Shown one piece after another: positions 32,976-37,073 of a DNA stretch of 37,073 nucleotides. The first letter of the stretch is position 1; each line of letters begins with the position of its first letter. Made by a program: the position numbers and the translations under genes. The notes under the pieces are model-generated. The model was given only the letters and a program-made list of their open reading frames with translations, did no database searches and was not told where the DNA came from. The stretch is from a bacterium (GTDB taxonomy: Bacteria; Sysuimicrobiota; Sysuimicrobiia; Sysuimicrobiales; Kaftiobacteriaceae), in NCBI GenBank assembly GCA_035763845.1, contig DASUAK010000036.1:1-37073 (forward strand), given 5' to 3'.

Positions 32976-34748
32976 ATGCGTACCGACTATATCCCGCCCT
33001 CGCGGCGGCTGCGGGTCCTCAACGCGATCATCATCGCGCTCATGGCGGTGCTGGTCGGCCGCCTCTGGCAGCTGCAGGTGCTCCAGGGCACGCAGTTCCT
33101 GCGCCTGTCCGAGGAGAACCGCATCCGTGACTTCACCATCACCGCGCCGCGCGGGGTGATCTACGATCGCAAGGGCCGTCCCATGGTCAGCAACCGCCCG
33201 TCCTTCACCGTGGCCATCCTGCCCCTCGAGCTCACCGAGCCGGCGCAGGTGCTGCCGCGCCTGGCCGCGCTGATCGCCGTGCCGATCGAGGAGATCCGCG
33301 GCCGGATCGACGCCGCGCGGAAGCGGCCCTTCGAGCCGGTGCGCATCCGGCGCGACGTGGGCGCGGCGGTCGTGGCCAAGATCGAGGAGAACCGCCTCGA
33401 TCTGCCCGGGGTGATCATCCTCGCCGAGCCGGTGCGCCACTACCTGTACGGGCCGATCGGCGCGCATCTCTTCGGCTACGTCGGCGAAGTCGACGAGCGC
33501 GAGCTCGCGGAGCGGCGCGATCAGGGCTACAAGCTTGGGGATCTCATCGGCAAGGCGGGCGTCGAGCGCGTCTACGAGGCCGTGCTGCGCGGCGTGGACG
33601 GCCGCCTCCGGATGGAGGTCGACGCTCTGGGCCGCCCGCTGCGGGTGCTGCAGCAGGTCCCCGCTGTCCCCGGCCGCCCCATCGTGCTGGCCGTGGACCT
33701 CAATCTGCAGAAGGCGGCCTACGAAGGGCTGCGCAGCAGCGGCCAGCGCTCCGGTGCCGTGGTAGCGATGGATCCGCGCAACGGCGAGATCCTGGCGATC
33801 GAGAGCATGCCTTCGTACGACCCCAATCTCTTCGCGATCGGGATCAGCGCGCCGAAGTGGCAGGTCCTGACCAGCGACCCGCTGCGGCCGATGCTCAGCC
33901 GGGCGATCGCGGCGGCGTTCGAGCCGGGCTCCGTATTCAAGATCGTCACCGCCACGGCCGCTCTGGAGGAGGGCATCGTCGGCCGGACCACCACCTTCTA
34001 CGCCCCGGGCTACTTCCAGCTGGGACGGTGGAAATTCGGGGACCTGCGCGCCTGGGGGACGGTGACGTTCCTCCAGGGGATCCAGAACTCGATCAACGTC
34101 GTCTTCTACACCCTGGGCTACCGGCTGGGCGGCGAGAGGCTGGCGTCGTATGCGAAGAAGATGGGGCTGGGCGACCGGACCGGCATCGACCTGACCGGCG
34201 AGGTGCCCGGCACGATCCCCAGCCCGTCCACGAAGCTGCAGCTGATCGGCGAGCCCTGGTATCCAGGGGACGCCGTGAACATGTCCATCGGGCAGGGCGC
34301 GGTGACCGTGACGCCGCTGCAGGTGGCGCGGATGGTCTCCTCGGTGGCCAACGGCGGGACGCTGTTCCAGCCGCACGTCCTGCTGCAGGCGCAGGGTCCC
34401 GACCGCAAACCGCGGCCCGCGCCGGTCGTGGCCCAGGCCCGTGGGCTGTACAGCGCGAAGACGGTGGCGGTGCTGCACGAAGGGCTGCGCATGGCGGTCG
34501 AGCGCGGCACGGGCCGCGCCTCGAACCTCAAGCACGTGGCCATCGCCGGGAAGACGGGCAGCGCGGAGAACCCGCGCGGGAAGCCCCACGCCTGGTTCGC
34601 CGGCTTCGGGCCGGTCAGCGCGCCCCGGGTCGTCGTGGTGGCGTTCGTGGAGCACGGGTACCGCGGCGGTCTCGCCGCCGCCCCGGTTGTGCGGCGCGTG
34701 CTCGAGGCCGCGTTCCCGGTGGAGCCGGAAGCGAGGACGCAGCCGTGA
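32976..34748 (+). CDS. mrdA: penicillin-binding protein 2 (elongasome transpeptidase)
   Basis: N-terminal TM helix, RGVIYDRKGRPM, the active-site SxxK context EPGSVFK, and KTGSAE (KTG box). ATG at 32976. The ORF track begins at an upstream TTG (32958). Confidence 0.9.
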   Translation: MRTDYIPPSRRLRVLNAIIIALMAVLVGRLWQLQVLQGTQFLRLSEENRIRDFTITAPRGVIYDRKGRPMVSNRPSFTVAILPLELTEPAQVLPRLAALIAVPIEEIRGRIDAARKRPFEPVRIRRDVGAAVVAKIEENRLDLPGVIILAEPVRHYLYGPIGAHLFGYVGEVDERELAERRDQGYKLGDLIGKAGVERVYEAVLRGVDGRLRMEVDALGRPLRVLQQVPAVPGRPIVLAVDLNLQKAAYEGLRSSGQRSGAVVAMDPRNGEILAIESMPSYDPNLFAIGISAPKWQVLTSDPLRPMLSRAIAAAFEPGSVFKIVTATAALEEGIVGRTTTFYAPGYFQLGRWKFGDLRAWGTVTFLQGIQNSINVVFYTLGYRLGGERLASYAKKMGLGDRTGIDLTGEVPGTIPSPSTKLQLIGEPWYPGDAVNMSIGQGAVTVTPLQVARMVSSVANGGTLFQPHVLLQAQGPDRKPRPAPVVAQARGLYSAKTVAVLHEGLRMAVERGTGRASNLKHVAIAGKTGSAENPRGKPHAWFAGFGPVSAPRVVVVAFVEHGYRGGLAAAPVVRRVLEAAFPVEPEARTQP

Positions 34749-35836
34749 GCCGGCGGATGCTGCGCTACATCGACTGGGGCCTCGTGGCGGCGACGCTGGC
34801 CCTGGTCATCGGGGGCGGCGTGGTCCTCTACTCCGCGACGCGCACCTTTCCCGATCCCTGGGCCTTCGTCAAGGCCCGGGCGGTGCATGCCGCGCTGGGA
34901 CTGGGCCTGCTCATCGCTTTCACCGCGATCGACTACCAGGCCCTGGGCCGGCTGTGGCGGCCGTTGTGGCTGATCACGGTCGTCCTCCTCGCCGGGGTGG
35001 ACGTCATCGGCCGCACCGCGCAGGGCGCGCAGCGCTGGATCCCGCTCGGCCCGCTGAGCTTCCAGCCCTCCGAGCTGGCCAAGCTGCTGCTCATCGTGAC
35101 GCTGGCCAAGCACCTGGACGGCCACCGGGAGATCACGTCCCTGCGGCAGTTGGTGCCGGTGCTGGCGCACGCGGGCATCCCCATCCTGCTCATCATCCAG
35201 CAGCCCGACATGGGCACCTCGATGGTGATGGCGGCCATCCTCATCGCGATGCTCTTCGCCGCGGAGACGCCGCTGCGCTGGATGGGCGGGCTGGCCGCGG
35301 CCGGGGCCCTGGCCGCGCCGCTGCTGTGGCAGGTGCTGCACGACTACCAGCGCCGGAGGCTGCTGGTCTTCATCGACCCCGGGCTCGATCCGCTGGGGGC
35401 GGGCTACGCCCTGATCCAGTCCAAGATCGCCGTCGGCTCGGGCCAGCTGTTCGGGAAAGGCTTCCTGCACGGGACGCAGAACCTGCTGCACTTCATCCCC
35501 GAGCAGCACACCGATTTCATCTTCACCGTGATCGGCGAGGAGCTCGGGTTCGCCGGCGCGCTGATCATGCTCGCCCTCTTCGCGCTGTGGCTGTGGCGCG
35601 CCTCGGCGGCGGCGATGCAGGCCAAGGACCGGCTGGGCACCCTGATGGCCGTGGGCGTCCTGGCGCTGATCGCGTTCCACCTCTTCATCAACGTCGGGAT
35701 GACCGTCGGTCTGGCTCCCGTCACCGGCATTCCCCTGCCGTTCATCAGCCATGGGGGCAGCGCGCTGCTGGCGATGCTCGCCGGCACGGGGCTGCTGCTG
35801 AACATCGGCATGCGCCGGAAGAAGATCCTCTTCTAA
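34745..35836 (+). CDS. rodA: SEDS-family peptidoglycan glycosyltransferase RodA
   Basis: GTG at 34745 forms a GTGA overlap with mrdA. IDWGLVAATLALVIGG, QPSELAKLLLIV, PEQHTDFIFTVIGEELGF and PLPFISHGGSA are FtsW/RodA/SpoVE motifs. 363 aa. Confidence 0.9.
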   Translation: MSRRMLRYIDWGLVAATLALVIGGGVVLYSATRTFPDPWAFVKARAVHAALGLGLLIAFTAIDYQALGRLWRPLWLITVVLLAGVDVIGRTAQGAQRWIPLGPLSFQPSELAKLLLIVTLAKHLDGHREITSLRQLVPVLAHAGIPILLIIQQPDMGTSMVMAAILIAMLFAAETPLRWMGGLAAAGALAAPLLWQVLHDYQRRRLLVFIDPGLDPLGAGYALIQSKIAVGSGQLFGKGFLHGTQNLLHFIPEQHTDFIFTVIGEELGFAGALIMLALFALWLWRASAAAMQAKDRLGTLMAVGVLALIAFHLFINVGMTVGLAPVTGIPLPFISHGGSALLAMLAGTGLLLNIGMRRKKILF

Positions 35837-35846
35837 TGACATCCCT

Positions 35847-35877
35847 TTGGACGGACCCGACACATCGTTGGACGGAC
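35847..35877 (+). repeat. direct repeat TTGGACGGAC x2, starts 21 nt apart, in the leader of the RNase E/G gene
   Basis: Copies read directly at 35847-35856 and 35868-35877, between the rodA stop (TAA 35834-35836) and the ATG at 35903. Confidence 0.5.
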
Positions 35878-35902
35878 GCACAGGAGCGTCACTGGAGTCA
35901 TC

Positions 35903-37073
35903 ATGGCCAAGGAGATCATCGCCAACATCGACCCGCGGGAGACGCGGGTCGCCGTTCTGGACCAGGGCGTCCTGGTCAACCTCTACCTCGAGCGCGGGGA
36001 GCCGCTGGCCGGCAACATCTATAAGGCGCGCGTCGCGAACGTCCTCCCCGGGATGGAGGCGGCCTTCGTCGACATCGGGCTCGACCGCAACGCCTTCCTG
36101 CACGTCGGGGACATCCGCTCGCAGCGGCTGGCCGGGGAGGAGGTGGAAGAGTCCTTCGGCAAGGGCGCGATCCAGCAGCGCCTGCGGGTGGGCCAGGAGA
36201 TCCTGGTCCAGGTGACCAAGGAGCCGATGGGCACCAAGGGCGCCCGGGTCACGACCTACGTCGCCCTGCCCGCCTACTACCTCGTCCTCATGCCGACGGT
36301 GAACTACGTCGGGGTGAGCCGCCGCATCGAGCACGATCCGGAGCGCAAGCGGCTGCGCCAGATGGCCGACGGCCTCCGCCCGAAGGGGATGGGTGTGATC
36401 GTGCGCACCGCCGCCGAGGGCGCGGAGGAAGCGGACCTCGCCCAGGACATTCAGTTCCTCCTCCAGGTCTGGAACCGGGTGGAGGAGCGGTCGAAGAGCA
36501 GCCGCGCCCCCTCGCTCGTCTACCAGGACCTGCACCTCATCAGGCGGGTCGTCCGGGACCTGTTCACGGAGGACGTGGAGCGGTTCCTGATCGACTCCAA
36601 GGAGGAGTTCCAGCACGTCCAGGATCTGCTCGGCTCCTTCGCCCCGGAGCTGAAGCCCCGCGTGCAGCTGTACCGGGGGGAAACGCCCGTCTTCGAGCAC
36701 ACCGGGGTGGAGCGGGAGCTGGAGAAAGCTCTGCGCCGCAAGGTATGGCTGAAGTCGGGCGGCTACATCGCCATCGACTCGACGGAGGCGCTCACGGCGA
36801 TCGACGTCAACACCGGCAAGTTCATCGGCAGCACGAGTCTTTCGGACACGATCCTGAAGCTGAACCTGGAGGCAGTGAACGAGATCACGCGCCAGTTCCG
36901 CCTGCGTGATCTCGGCGGCATGATCGTCATCGACTTCATCGACATGGACACGGAGGAGCACCGCAACGCCGTGCTGAACGAGTTCCGCAAGGCGCTGGCG
37001 CGCGACCGCACGCACATGACCGTGAACGGCTTCACGCAGCTCGGGCTGGTTGAAATGACCCGCAAGCGCACCC
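35903..37073 (+). CDS. rng: ribonuclease E/G family protein (3' partial; runs off the window)
   Basis: Not in the supplied ORF track because it has no stop in the window. My translation from ATG 35903 (GGAG 5 nt upstream) gives MAKEIIANIDPRETRVAVLDQGVLVNLYLERGEPLAGNIYKARVANVLPGMEAAFVDIGLDRNAFLHVGDI..., an S1 domain. Later segments are AIDSTEALTAIDVNTGKF and, at the end, GFTQLGLVEMTRKRT, both typical of the RNase E/G catalytic domain. Confidence 0.85.
   Translation, partial: MAKEIIANIDPRETRVAVLDQGVLVNLYLERGEPLAGNIYKARVANVLPGMEAAFVDIGLDRNAFLHVGDIRSQRLAGEEVEESFGKGAIQQRLRVGQEILVQVTKEPMGTKGARVTTYVALPAYYLVLMPTVNYVGVSRRIEHDPERKRLRQMADGLRPKGMGVIVRTAAEGAEEADLAQDIQFLLQVWNRVEERSKSSRAPSLVYQDLHLIRRVVRDLFTEDVERFLIDSKEEFQHVQDLLGSFAPELKPRVQLYRGETPVFEHTGVERELEKALRRKVWLKSGGYIAIDSTEALTAIDVNTGKFIGSTSLSDTILKLNLEAVNEITRQFRLRDLGGMIVIDFIDMDTEEHRNAVLNEFRKALARDRTHMTVNGFTQLGLVEMTRKRT

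Noticed and set aside
34118-37015. 965-aa minus-strand ORF, with similar long antisense ORFs at 31968-34655, 28326-30359, 13347-14963, 11090-12652 and 15601-16779
   Set aside because: Their translations are Arg/Pro/Gly/Ala/Asp-rich low-complexity strings with no recognisable motifs. Each lies fully antisense to + strand genes with unmistakable family signatures (PBP2, RodA, RNase E/G, TatC, RadC, Ccm and others). Long stop-free antisense frames are expected at this GC content.

Overview
Very GC-rich bacterial chromosomal window (roughly 70% by eye). Every gene I can support lies on the + strand. Roughly twenty gene junctions are 4-nt ATGA/GTGA stop/start overlaps, so most of it reads as a few long, translationally coupled operons.

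Gene order:
(1) 1-11891: a complete coproporphyrin-dependent haem pathway, hemA-hemL-hemC-hemD-hemB-hemQ(chdC)-[AhbD-like radical SAM/SPASM]-hemE-hemH(cpfC)-hemY(cgoX). A coupled polytopic membrane protein and an HTH regulator follow.
(2) 11933-14921: a GT2 glycosyltransferase, a PIG-L deacetylase and a possible BshC-like protein, coupled directly to the next block.
(3) 14918-20093: System I cytochrome c maturation, ccmABCDEF, plus an orphan exported protein. No CcmG/CcmH is visible.
(4) 20090-25532: an atypical Rieske/cytochrome b module.
(5) 25603-29300: a polyprenyl diphosphate synthase, an SDR, two small membrane ORFs and tatA/tatC.
(6) 29361-37073: a DUF4321-like ORF, radC, mreBCD, mrdA, rodA and the 5' part of an RNase E/G gene. 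That last gene is missing from the supplied ORF track.

The atypical Rieske/cytochrome b module contains:
- a dihaem cytochrome c lipoprotein;
- a Tat-signal Rieske protein;
- a cytochrome b that has lost both n-side haem ligands;
- two small TM ORFs;
- a second, four-His cytochrome b fused to a 2x[4Fe-4S] ferredoxin domain;
- an MvhD/FlpD-like Fe-S protein;
- a third small TM ORF;
- a lipid-tethered cupredoxin.

I saw no rRNA, tRNA, CRISPR array, transposase or integrase. The many long minus-strand ORFs look like high-GC artefacts.

The best candidate for an undescribed system is the Rieske/dual-cytochrome-b/ferredoxin/MvhD module. The GT2/PIG-L/BshC-like cassette fused to ccm is second. All family assignments come from motif recognition by eye, not from database searches.
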